Assembly: GCA_024637055.1 (NCBI GenBank)
Contig: JAGXFZ010000088.1
Coordinates: 6,828 to 70,827, forward strand
Source: Gracilibacter sp.
GTDB lineage: Bacteria; Bacillota; Desulfitobacteriia; Desulfitobacteriales; Syntrophobotulaceae
Reading direction: 5' to 3'
Length of the DNA: 64,000 bases
Every line of letters begins with the position of its first letter. The first letter of the stretch is position 1. Of the stretch, positions 55,437 through 64,000 are shown piece after piece. Both the position numbers and the translations under genes were made by a program. The notes under the pieces were generated by a model that did no database searches, had not been told where the DNA came from, and worked only from the letters and a program-made list of their open reading frames with translations.

Positions 55437-58007
55437 GTGAGGACTATGATAATTATTCTAACCCATAGAAATATTGATTTTGATGCCTTAGCATCAATGG
55501 TTGCTGTCCAAAAACTTCATCCCGATGCTATAATGGTTATCGAAGGAAAACTAGGAACTTATGTTCAAGATTTTCTAGCCCTAGCCAAAGAACAATTACC
55601 TTATTTCAAGCTAAAAGACTTAGACTTAGCTAAGGTTGATAAGGTATTTCTTGTTGATACCAATGACTTAAAACGATCAGTTACCAATAAAGAAGATTTA
55701 AGAATACTTAAGAACGTTGAACTAGAAATAGTTGATCATCACCCGTATTACAATTCTATCAGCCAAAACATGACTATTGAGTTGCTAGGAGCCTGCACTA
55801 CAATTCTGGTGGAAAGAATAATCCCTAGAGAATTGAAACTAAGCAAATTTGAGGCAACATTAATGGCCTTAGGCATCTATGGAGATACAGGGAGTTTATT
55901 ATTCGAAAATACTACTTCCCGTGATGTTTTGGCGGTTGCTTTCTTATTGGAGCAGGGCGCACAGTTAGGGGTAGTATCAGAATATTTAAGTAAACCCTTA
56001 AATCTTGAACAAATGGAATTGTTTCAATTATTATTGGATAATGGAACAACAGAACAGTTTCAAGGATTACCTGTTTTTATCTCTTATGGACAAACTGATG
56101 AATATATGGATGGATTAGCTGTACTTTCTCAAAGACTTGGGGAAATTGAAAGTGCAGTGGTTTGGTTTATAGTGGTTTTGATGGAGAGCCGGATTTATAT
56201 CGTTGCTAGATCTAAAGGAAATGGTTTACCAGTTAATAAGATCATGGAAGCCTTTGGAGGCGGTGGTCATGAGAGAGCAGCTTCCGCTGTTGTGAAAGAC
56301 GATGACATCAATGGAGTAATAAGTTCAGTAAAAAATGAAATTAATAAGATAATAAGAAACCCTCATCTTGTAAAAGACATAATGAGTTATCCTGTAAAAA
56401 TTGTAGGTCCGAATACAAAGATGGAAGTAGTGGGGCAGACTCTTTTAAGATACGGACATACCGGTGTTCCTGTAGTAGAGGACAAGAGACTTGTTGGGGT
56501 TATCTCAAGGAGAGATGTGGATAAGGCTCTAAAGCATGGGTTGAATCATGCACCAGTAAAAGGCTTTATGACCCAAGATGTCATAACTGTAAATCCAGAA
56601 CTTAGTTGGGAAGAAGTTCAGAAGCTCATGGTTCAGCATGATATTGGTCGCCTTCCAGTAATTGAAAACGGAGAATTAGTTGGTATAGTATCCAGATCCG
56701 ATGTATTACGGTTGATTTATGACAGTATTATTCCAACTACAAGCGAGCTTGTCAAAGAAAGAAGTGAAGCTCAACGCTCTAATGTCCTAAGGCTGATAAA
56801 GGGATTACCTGAAGATATACAAATTCTGATGCAAATTATAGGAGAAGTTGCTCGGAATAAGAATAATAAGGCTTATCTTGTAGGAGGTTTCGTAAGAGAC
56901 TTATTGCTAGAAGTACCTACGAAAGACCTTGATGTCGTTGTTGAAGGTGATGGATTGGTCTTTGCCCAACAGTTAAACGAAAGATTAAAAGATACAAATA
57001 AACTATCGTTACATAGGGATTTTGGAACGGCTCGGATAATAATCAATGATGACATCCATCTGGATATTGCAAGTTCTAGGAGAGAAGATTACGATTTTCC
57101 AGGAGCCCTTCCTACTGTTGAGGGGTCTACCTTAAAAGATGATTTATTCCGTAGAGATTTTACTATTAATGCAATGGCTCTGTGTTTAAATAGTAGTTGC
57201 TTTGGAGAAATGGTCGATTACTATGGCGGTTTGAGGGATTTGGAGCAGAAGGAGATACGTTTTCTGCATAACTTAAGCTTCATAGATGATCCGACTAGAA
57301 TTATTAGAGCTATCCGCTTTGTGGGACGTTATGGGTTTAAGCTGGCTAAGATAACTAAGGATGCTATTGTTACTGCCCTAGAGACAGAAGTTTTAGAGAA
57401 AATTAGTCCTGAGAGGTTCACTGAAGAACTATTGTTAATATATGACGAACAAAATTATCAAGCGATGGGCAAGCTATTGATTGAATACGGTGTTTTCCAA
57501 TCGTGGTTCGAAAAAGAATATCCTTGGAATTTTGTTGAACCAGAAGATGAAGAAGGCTGGACTTTAGAAAAACGGTGGTTATTAAGCCTTAAAAATATTA
57601 ACGAGGATGAAATTGTTGATATTCTCGAGAAATTAAGACTAAACAAGAATCTCACCAGAATTACCTTAGAATATATACGGGTACGGAAAGATCTTTCGTC
57701 TGATAATAGTGATATGGTTAGAGTATATAATTTACTCTCAAAGGTTCCTGTTGAAATTATTGATACTTTATATACGCAACAAGAATTTGTTGCGTATATC
57801 GAAAATTATCGTAAACTTCACAGTGGTATGCATATGGAATCCACCGGCAAGGTATTAATTGAACTAGGTATAAAGCAAGGGCCTGAGGTGGGAAAGATAT
57901 TGAAAGAAATAAAGAATCAATGGCTTACGGGGGAAATCAAAACAATAGCTGAAGAAAAAGAATTCCTCAACAAGTATTTAGAAACAAACAAAGAAGAAAA
58001 CAGTTAG
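55437..58007 (+). CDS. DHH/DHHA1-CBS-poly(A) polymerase-head fusion protein (CCA-adding/nucleotidyltransferase-like)
   Basis: DHH motif (IVDHHP), GGGH, a tandem CBS pair, and the GGFVRDLLL nucleotidyltransferase head with RDFTINA. Confidence 0.8.
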   Translation: MRTMIIILTHRNIDFDALASMVAVQKLHPDAIMVIEGKLGTYVQDFLALAKEQLPYFKLKDLDLAKVDKVFLVDTNDLKRSVTNKEDLRILKNVELEIVDHHPYYNSISQNMTIELLGACTTILVERIIPRELKLSKFEATLMALGIYGDTGSLLFENTTSRDVLAVAFLLEQGAQLGVVSEYLSKPLNLEQMELFQLLLDNGTTEQFQGLPVFISYGQTDEYMDGLAVLSQRLGEIESAVVWFIVVLMESRIYIVARSKGNGLPVNKIMEAFGGGGHERAASAVVKDDDINGVISSVKNEINKIIRNPHLVKDIMSYPVKIVGPNTKMEVVGQTLLRYGHTGVPVVEDKRLVGVISRRDVDKALKHGLNHAPVKGFMTQDVITVNPELSWEEVQKLMVQHDIGRLPVIENGELVGIVSRSDVLRLIYDSIIPTTSELVKERSEAQRSNVLRLIKGLPEDIQILMQIIGEVARNKNNKAYLVGGFVRDLLLEVPTKDLDVVVEGDGLVFAQQLNERLKDTNKLSLHRDFGTARIIINDDIHLDIASSRREDYDFPGALPTVEGSTLKDDLFRRDFTINAMALCLNSSCFGEMVDYYGGLRDLEQKEIRFLHNLSFIDDPTRIIRAIRFVGRYGFKLAKITKDAIVTALETEVLEKISPERFTEELLLIYDEQNYQAMGKLLIEYGVFQSWFEKEYPWNFVEPEDEEGWTLEKRWLLSLKNINEDEIVDILEKLRLNKNLTRITLEYIRVRKDLSSDNSDMVRVYNLLSKVPVEIIDTLYTQQEFVAYIENYRKLHSGMHMESTGKVLIELGIKQGPEVGKILKEIKNQWLTGEIKTIAEEKEFLNKYLETNKEENS

Positions 58008-58037
58008 TCGATAACACATAGAAGGGAGTAACATTAG

Positions 58038-59012
58038 ATGAAAAAGAGGATTTTAAGTGGTATGCGACCAACTGGTTCGTTACATATAGGTCATTTAAGC
58101 GTACTTCAGAATTGGGTTGCTTTACAAAAAGAGTATGAATGCTACTTTGCGATTGTCGATTGGCATGCTTTAACGACAGCATATGAAGATAAGATTTCAT
58201 TAGGAGACTTAAGCAGAGAGATTGCTTTGGACTGGCTGAGTGTTGGTATAGAACCTGAGAAAAGTTCAATCTTCATTCAATCTCAGGTTAAAGAACATGC
58301 GGAGCTTCATCTGTTATTTTCGATGTTCACCCCAATTTCTTGGTTGGAAAGAGTTCCGACATACAAGGATCAGCTTCAACAACTAGGAGCCGAAGGTAAA
58401 GACCTCCATACTTACGGATTCTTAGGGTATCCGTTATTACAGGCTGCGGATATTCTTATTTATAAGGCTAATGCAGTCCCGGTTGGGGAGGATCAAGTAC
58501 CGCATATAGAATTATCACGTGAAGTAGCACGCAGATTTAATCATCTTTATGAATCCGTTTTTCCAGAACCCCAGGCTTTGATAGGGAAGGTACCACTTTT
58601 ACCTGGAGTTGATGGACGAAAGATGAGTAAAAGCTATAATAACACTATATCGCTAACAGCATCTACAGATGAAATTGGCTATAGAGTAAGGCAGATGATA
58701 ACAGATCCTCAGAGAATCCGCAAAGACGACCCTGGTCACCCCGAAGTATGTGTAGTGCATAAATTCCATGCTATCTATACACCTGATGTTGGTAGAATTG
58801 AAGAAGAATGTAGAGCAGGTAAATTCGGTTGTGTTGCCTGTAAAAAGTACTTAACTGAGAATATTGATCAGGTGCTAGCGCCGTACAGGGAGAGAAGGAA
58901 AGTTTGGGAAGAAGATGGGAAAGTTGAAAAAGTTCTACTGGAAGGTGCGGAAAAGGCCCGTATAACTGCTGCAAAGACCATGGACGAGGTTCGCAAGGCT
59001 ATGGGCTTCTAA
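58038..59012 (+). CDS. trpS: tryptophan--tRNA ligase
   Basis: HIGH-type motif (LHIGHL) and KMSKS. Confidence 0.95.
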   Translation: MKKRILSGMRPTGSLHIGHLSVLQNWVALQKEYECYFAIVDWHALTTAYEDKISLGDLSREIALDWLSVGIEPEKSSIFIQSQVKEHAELHLLFSMFTPISWLERVPTYKDQLQQLGAEGKDLHTYGFLGYPLLQAADILIYKANAVPVGEDQVPHIELSREVARRFNHLYESVFPEPQALIGKVPLLPGVDGRKMSKSYNNTISLTASTDEIGYRVRQMITDPQRIRKDDPGHPEVCVVHKFHAIYTPDVGRIEEECRAGKFGCVACKKYLTENIDQVLAPYRERRKVWEEDGKVEKVLLEGAEKARITAAKTMDEVRKAMGF

Positions 59013-59789
59013 ATGGAAACTATTAAAAAGGGACATTATGTAGAGGTACCTGCATTTCAAGGTCCATTGGATTTATTGTTACACCTTATCCAACAGCATA
59101 AAGTTGATATTTATGATATACCAATAGTCTTGATTGCGGATCAGTTTATTGATACAGTCCAACAGATGGAAGCTTTCGACTTAGATGTTACTTCCGAATT
59201 CCTAGTGCTGGCAGCAAATCTCCTCTATCTTAAATCTCGTTCCTTGCTTCCCCGTCCTGCAAAGACTCAAGAAGAAATAGAGTTGGAAGAAGATTTAAAA
59301 CAAGATTTAGTTGATAGGCTAGTTACTTACAGTGCCTTTAAGAAAATAGCATTATTCCTTAATTCTAAAGAAGTATCTTCAGGGAGTAGATATTTTCGAG
59401 AAAATAATCCCTATGAAATTATTTCTAATATGAAACAACCAAATCCTTTAAGCGGAATAGAAATGGATAATCTCTTACAAGCTTTCCAAACTGTTCTTTC
59501 AAGGGTGGAAAAAGGAGAAGACATTCAGTATGTCCAAATAGAAGAAATACCTGTAGAAATGATGTTAGATGATATAATGAGAAGATTGATGCTTTATCCG
59601 ACAGGTATGAAGTTCAGTCAACTTTTAAGATATCGATCTAGAGTAGAAATAGTAGTAGCCTTCGTTGCTCTGCTTGAGTTATTGAAAAATGGTAGAATTA
59701 GGGCTGAACAAAGCTCTATGACTAATGATATTTTCTTGGTTCCAACCTCCAAAGCTTGGGATTTTGTTGATGATGAGGAGTCGGTATAA
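59013..59789 (+). CDS. scpA: segregation and condensation protein A
   Basis: The FQGPLDLLLHLIQQHKVDIYDIPI start is typical of ScpA. Confidence 0.9.
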   Translation: METIKKGHYVEVPAFQGPLDLLLHLIQQHKVDIYDIPIVLIADQFIDTVQQMEAFDLDVTSEFLVLAANLLYLKSRSLLPRPAKTQEEIELEEDLKQDLVDRLVTYSAFKKIALFLNSKEVSSGSRYFRENNPYEIISNMKQPNPLSGIEMDNLLQAFQTVLSRVEKGEDIQYVQIEEIPVEMMLDDIMRRLMLYPTGMKFSQLLRYRSRVEIVVAFVALLELLKNGRIRAEQSSMTNDIFLVPTSKAWDFVDDEESV

Positions 59790-60314
59790 TTGTTGTTTCG
59801 GGAAGCAGAAGTTGCTGCATTGGAAGCGTTGTTATTTGTAGCCAAAGACCCTTTGCGAGCGGAAAAGATAGCTGAAATAATGGAGATATCTGAAGAGAAT
59901 ATCCATGAACTTGTGGAAACACTCCAAGAACGTTATGCGGACCAGTTAAGCGGGCTTGTTTTGATTGAATTAGATAATGGTTATAAAATAGGTACTAAAC
60001 CTTCAATGGCTCGCTATATCGAGGTATTGTATAAACAGCCGACCCAGACACTATCCAATGCTGCTTTGGAGGTACTGTCTATAGTTGCTTATAAACAACC
60101 GCTTACTCGCGGAGAAATCGATTTTATCAGAGGAGTTCATTCAGATACAGCTTTAGCTACCTTGGTAGAGAAGGGGCTGATAAAAGAGATCGGCCGTAAG
60201 GATAGCCCAGGTAGACCAATTCTGTATGGTACAACCGATGTCTTTCTTCTCCACTTCGGACTTAAATCGCTTAGCGATTTACCTGAATTAGATATTGATG
60301 AAGAAGAAGTCTGA
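59790..60314 (+). CDS. scpB: segregation and condensation protein B
   Basis: ALEALLFVA...LS..ALEVLSIVAYKQPLTRGEID motifs. TTG start abutting scpA. Confidence 0.9.
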   Translation: MLFREAEVAALEALLFVAKDPLRAEKIAEIMEISEENIHELVETLQERYADQLSGLVLIELDNGYKIGTKPSMARYIEVLYKQPTQTLSNAALEVLSIVAYKQPLTRGEIDFIRGVHSDTALATLVEKGLIKEIGRKDSPGRPILYGTTDVFLLHFGLKSLSDLPELDIDEEEV

Positions 60315-60373
60315 TTATTGTTTGTGTTCTCTATCCCGATATGATATTATATAACGTATAATTTAATAAACTT

Positions 60374-60539
60374 GGATAGAGGAGCAGGTATTAAAAGTAA
60401 GTATTCAGAGAAGGCTATTCTATGATGAATACTGAAAGGAATAGCTGCCGAAGCAGAGTTCTTTGCCAAGTAATTTTGCTGGGTTTGTACTGAAGAAAGT
60501 ACAAAACTGTCATTTCCGAAATGAGATGATGAGCTATCC
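60374..60539 (+). promoter_or_regulatory. lysine riboswitch (L-box) aptamer
   Basis: The conserved L-box strings GATAGAGGAGC, TGAAAGG...GCTGCCGAAG, TTGCTGG and ACTGTCA are present. P1 pairs ggatag (60374-60379) with ctatcc (60534-60539). Located upstream of lysA. Confidence 0.85.
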
Positions 60540-60596
60540 GAAACCTTGAAGATTTAACTGTTAGAGTGTTTAGAAAAGTATAATTTTGGTTTTCGT

Positions 60597-60626
60597 GGTT
60601 TACGGGTAGTTCCGTAAACCTTTTTA
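60597..60626 (+). terminator. riboswitch expression-platform terminator
   Basis: 9-bp stem ggtttacgg/ccgtaaacc followed by TTTTT, 30 nt before the lysA start. Confidence 0.8.
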
Positions 60627-60656
60627 ATTAATTCAGTAACTAAGGAGGGTATTATA

Positions 60657-61910
60657 GTGCCACAAAAAAACCTACCATTTTCAAATGAACAAATTGAAGC
60701 AATTGCCCAAAAGTATGGTACACCTTTTCATATCTATGATGAAAAGGCGATCAGGGATAATGTCCGCAGACTTCAGGCTGCTTTTGCCTGGGCTGCAGAT
60801 TTTCAAGAATACTTTGCTGTTAAAGCAACCCCTAATCCACATATTATGAAGTTTCTTGCTCAAGAAGGAGTAGGAGCAGACTGCAGTTCACTACCTGAGC
60901 TAATGTTAGCAGAAAAAGTTGGACTAAAAGGGGAAGACATTGTCTTCACTTCGAATGATACTCCTAGTAGCGAATATGTGAAGGCGAAAGAATTAGGAGT
61001 TATAATTAATCTTGATGATAGTAGTCATATCGAATTTCTGGATAAGGTAGCAGGAATTCCCGAATTCATCTCTTTTAGATATAATCCCGGTCCATTACGT
61101 GGTGGTGGTAATTCCATAATCGGTAACCCTGAAGAGGCGAAATATGGTGTAACCAAAGAACAGTTAATGGAAGCTTATCCTATGGTTCAGAAGCTAGGTG
61201 CTAAAAGATTTGGGATTCATACCATGGTAATTTCCAATGAACTTGATCCTAATTATTTTGTGGAAACTGCTAGAATGATGTTTGAACTAATTGTAGAACT
61301 GAAAAAGACCCTGGGTATCAGAATTGAGATCGTGAATCTTGGTGGGGGGATAGGAATACCTTATCGGCCTGATCAGGAAGCGGTCGATCTAGAATACATA
61401 GGAGAAGAAATAAGAAAAGTATATGAAGAAATCATAGTTCCTAATGGTCTAGATCCTCTGAAAATTGCTTTGGAATGTGGCAGGGTGATTACTGGTCCTT
61501 ATGGATACTTGGTATCTAAGGTACTTCATCAGAAAGAAATCTATAAGAATTATGTCGGCTTAGATTCTTGTATGGCAGACTTAATGAGACCTGGTCTTTA
61601 TGGTGCTTATCACCATATTACAGTGATAGGCAAAGAAAACCTGCCTACTGATTACAAATATGATGTAACAGGCAGTCTCTGCGAGAATAATGATAAATTT
61701 GCTATAGATAGGATGTTACCCAAAATAGACATCGGGGACTTGGTTGTTATTCACGATACAGGAGCACATGGGCACGCTATGGGCTTTAACTATAACGGTA
61801 AATTAAGGCCAGCAGAACTGCTTTTAAAACCAGATGGAGATATCCAGTTAATCCGCAGAGCAGAGACAGTGGAAGACTATTTTGCTACCTTAGATTTTGA
61901 TGTTCTGTAA
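60657..61910 (+). CDS. lysA: diaminopimelate decarboxylase
   Basis: Orn/DAP/Arg decarboxylase fold (FAVKATPN PLP-lysine motif, GGGIGIPY, SLCENND), with an L-box upstream. Confidence 0.9.
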   Translation: MPQKNLPFSNEQIEAIAQKYGTPFHIYDEKAIRDNVRRLQAAFAWAADFQEYFAVKATPNPHIMKFLAQEGVGADCSSLPELMLAEKVGLKGEDIVFTSNDTPSSEYVKAKELGVIINLDDSSHIEFLDKVAGIPEFISFRYNPGPLRGGGNSIIGNPEEAKYGVTKEQLMEAYPMVQKLGAKRFGIHTMVISNELDPNYFVETARMMFELIVELKKTLGIRIEIVNLGGGIGIPYRPDQEAVDLEYIGEEIRKVYEEIIVPNGLDPLKIALECGRVITGPYGYLVSKVLHQKEIYKNYVGLDSCMADLMRPGLYGAYHHITVIGKENLPTDYKYDVTGSLCENNDKFAIDRMLPKIDIGDLVVIHDTGAHGHAMGFNYNGKLRPAELLLKPDGDIQLIRRAETVEDYFATLDFDVL

Positions 61911-61920
61911 TAATGTTTAT

Positions 61921-62100
61921 CGCTCCTTATGGTGAGAGCTGCACCGCAGCAAGCACTTTTTGGCAATAGCAACCTCCTGTCGCAAAGTCCACGGATGGAC
62001 AAATACCGCAGTGCCATGGATGGCAAGGAGCGGTAAACTGCCGCGCTCCGCATCCGTGCTCCGCTTGTCGTGCATGCTGCGATACAGCTTAGATAGCATT
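61921..62100 (-). repeat. copy B (inverted) of the ~180-nt structured intergenic element
   Basis: Its reverse complement aligns with 43002-43186. The closing helix pairs 62070-62083 with 61943-61956. Confidence 0.8.
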
Positions 62101-62149
62101 GCGGTTGCTATAACAATATTTTAAAGAAACTGGGCGATACTGATTAATT

Positions 62150-63034
62150 TCAGCTATCGCCTTTTTCTTTACGTTCTATTAGCACCGCATTAAAGGCGCA
62201 ACTGAGTAAAAAGATCGCGCAGCTCCAATAAATCCAAAGTATAAGAATAATTATTCCACCTATGCTACCGTAGGTAACAGAATAATTACTGAAGTATCTG
62301 ACATAAAAAGAAAAGGCGAGCGAAATTACGATCCAACCCGTTGCTGCGATTAACGACCCTGGGAACATCAACCAAGTGGAATACTTTGCTCTGGTAGCCA
62401 TTTGATTAAGTATAACAAAGGCTAATACCAAAAAACAAAATTGAATTAACAAACGGAGTTTTTCCCAAATATATGGAAATAAGCTACCTGCTTCGAAAAA
62501 CTGGAAAAGCAAACTGCCTAATTTTTCACCGAAAACTAAAAATGTAAATGACAGAATCATTGCGATAAAGATAATTATTAAAAATAGGATAGCAGTTAGT
62601 TTAAGCCTAATGAACGATCGGGTCTCAGTAATCTGATAGGCCTTACCGATACCTCTCATCATGGCATTTATACCATTTAGAGAAGCCCAAAAAGCACCGA
62701 GCATTCCCAAAGAAAGTAAAGTAGGGCTACGGTTGCTTAATACTTCTGTTAAGACTTTATCGATTACCGAGTAACTCTCGCCGGGAATAAGGTAGGATAA
62801 GTCTTCAAGTAACTGATGAATAGTGAGATTAAAATATGAGGCTAGAGTTAATAGAAAGATAAGTAAAGGAAAAAAGGACAAGATTATATAATACGCAACT
62901 TGTCCTCCTACTGCCATTAATTCATTTTTGGTGATAAGTTCCCAAAACCTTAGTATAAAGCGACGTAGAGACAGTTTTCTCACCCCTAAGTTATAGTGTG
63001 AATAATTTTTATTGCTAAATGTAATATTATCCAA
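62150..63034 (-). CDS. YihY/BrkB-family membrane protein
   Basis: GGQVAYYIILSFFPLLIFLL and YGSIGGIIILILWIYW are typical of the YihY family. Confidence 0.8.
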   Translation of the reverse strand: MDNITFSNKNYSHYNLGVRKLSLRRFILRFWELITKNELMAVGGQVAYYIILSFFPLLIFLLTLASYFNLTIHQLLEDLSYLIPGESYSVIDKVLTEVLSNRSPTLLSLGMLGAFWASLNGINAMMRGIGKAYQITETRSFIRLKLTAILFLIIIFIAMILSFTFLVFGEKLGSLLFQFFEAGSLFPYIWEKLRLLIQFCFLVLAFVILNQMATRAKYSTWLMFPGSLIAATGWIVISLAFSFYVRYFSNYSVTYGSIGGIIILILWIYWSCAIFLLSCAFNAVLIERKEKGDS

Positions 63035-63065
63035 TTAACATCATTATACACACTCAGATGTATAA

Positions 63066-63506
63066 CTAAAAGATATTATGGATTTTTAACAATTCTGATT
63101 CGTAAACATCTTTTAAGTATACCAAAAGAGTCTGAATCTCTGCTAGGGATAGAGCTTCATCTTTAGCCAAGGTGAACTGTTGAAGCTTATTTAAAGATAT
63201 CTCTATTTTAGTTAAAACTGAATGATTTAAAAAAATGGCCCACCAATCATGATATTCGGACCATTTTATTTGCATCTCTTCAATCCGTAAGAGGGCTTCC
63301 TCCCATTGTTCAGCATGGATTAACTCATCTGTAGCCATAAGCTCTACTTGGAAAACGTCTGAGGCTTTAGTTATATAATTTGTAGATACTAAAGATATTG
63401 CAATAAGCATAGAAAACCCAAGTATTATAATTGCTACAGGACGCAAAAAGGCCACCTCCACTTCACGATTTTTTACGCTGAAGGAATAATCTCCCTTGAG
63501 AATCAA
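63066..63506 (-). CDS. DUF4363-like protein
   Basis: N-terminal TM plus a helical domain (W..A...I..IQ..W......W). Directly downstream of a DUF421 gene, which is the usual pairing. Confidence 0.55.
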   Translation of the reverse strand: MILKGDYSFSVKNREVEVAFLRPVAIIILGFSMLIAISLVSTNYITKASDVFQVELMATDELIHAEQWEEALLRIEEMQIKWSEYHDWWAIFLNHSVLTKIEISLNKLQQFTLAKDEALSLAEIQTLLVYLKDVYESELLKIHNIF

Positions 63507-64000
63507 TACTGGCTATTAACACTTGACTATATTTATCAATATTGGCTTTCTGAAGCTCATTTTCTAGCCAGGCATAAGTGATACTAGCTTTTTCCAAGTT
63601 ATGTTGCTGCAGTATCCCATCCATAATCAACGTTATCGGAAGTCCTTCGAATGGGGGGGTGATATTTAAATCTTCAGGATTAACAGGACGCTTGTTTGAT
63701 TTAGGGATGACACTCAATTGGCCGTTTGTTTCTAAGACAGCATATTCAACGTCACTGATATTAGGGACATCTTTTACACGTAGTTGTTCTAGTAAATCGC
63801 TTAAATTGTAACGAAGTTTGCGGAGTTCCTCTTCAAGAATTACCCCTCTGTTTATGATAATAACAGGAGTTCCACATATTATTGCTCGTGCCTTCTCACT
63901 TTTTAACGACAATTGTGATATTGTTAATCCTAATAAAAGAAGCACTATTACCGGGAATAGACCTTCAATTAGTGGAACTCCTAGATCTTGAGTAGGAATA
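63463..64000 (-). CDS. DUF421 (YetF-like) membrane protein, 5' end outside the window
   Basis: The C-terminal domain (IINRGVILEEELRKLRYNLSDLLEQLRVKDV...VLETNGQLSV) matches the YetF family. The ORF stays open to the window edge. Confidence 0.6.
   Translation of the reverse strand, partial: IPTQDLGVPLIEGLFPVIVLLLLGLTISQLSLKSEKARAIICGTPVIIINRGVILEEELRKLRYNLSDLLEQLRVKDVPNISDVEYAVLETNGQLSVIPKSNKRPVNPEDLNITPPFEGLPITLIMDGILQQHNLEKASITYAWLENELQKANIDKYSQVLIASIDSQGRLFLQRKKS

Noticed and set aside
58008-58037. T-box leader upstream of trpS
   Set aside because: Only 30 nt separate the preceding gene from trpS, so there is no room for a T-box. trpS is probably co-transcribed with the upstream gene.
61917-62099. 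60-aa minus-strand ORF (MLSKLYRSMHDKR...)
   Set aside because: It lies entirely within repeat copy B. The equivalent frame in copy A lacks a start and is broken by a 1-nt indel. Differences between the copies are compensatory in a helix rather than synonymous. I treat it as a non-coding structured element.
1-64000. CRISPR arrays, tRNA/rRNA genes, transposases, and prophage or defence islands
   Set aside because: Scanning every intergenic gap over 80 nt found only terminators, promoters, one riboswitch and the structured elements already listed. The only recombinase is the housekeeping xerD.

Overview
AT-rich (roughly 40% GC by eye) core-chromosome segment from an endospore-forming Firmicute, probably Clostridia or Peptococcaceae-like. 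Almost everything is on the + strand. Gene order parallels the Bacillus subtilis 'yq' region. In order: (1) a type IV pilus locus (pilB/T/C/A/D/M-N/O plus about five pseudopilins) interleaved with sigK, yqeG and the shikimate genes aroE/aroK/aroB/aroQ; (2) pepP (disrupted), efp and spoIIIAA-AH; (3) asp23, nusB, a Kae1-like gene and nfnAB; (4) xseAB, ispA, two membrane proteins, dxs, tlyA, nadK, an mnmM-like gene, argR and recN; (5) spoIVB, spo0A, nudF, spoIIM, xerD, deoB, punA and pdp (frameshifted); (6) dacF convergent with spoIIAA-spoIIAB-sigF, then spoVAC/AD/AE/AF; (7) nhaA, a DHH-CBS-nucleotidyltransferase, trpS, scpAB and a lysine riboswitch with lysA; (8) yihY and DUF4363/DUF421 genes. 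I saw no rRNA, tRNA, CRISPR array, transposase or obvious defence island. The least ordinary signals are non-coding. One is a ~180-nt structured element present twice (deoB-punA spacer, and inverted after lysA), with two compensatory base-pair changes in its closing helix. Another is an unrelated ~185-nt long irregular hairpin after nusB. A third is a GC-rich interleaved (X-Y-X'-Y') pair of mutually exclusive perfect hairpins upstream of aroQ. A 4-TM protein also sits between ispA and dxs, where OLE RNA and oapA lie in other anaerobic Firmicutes, but there is no room for OLE RNA. Two conserved genes, pepP and pdp, carry 1-nt frame disruptions, which indicates either homopolymer assembly errors or real gene decay.
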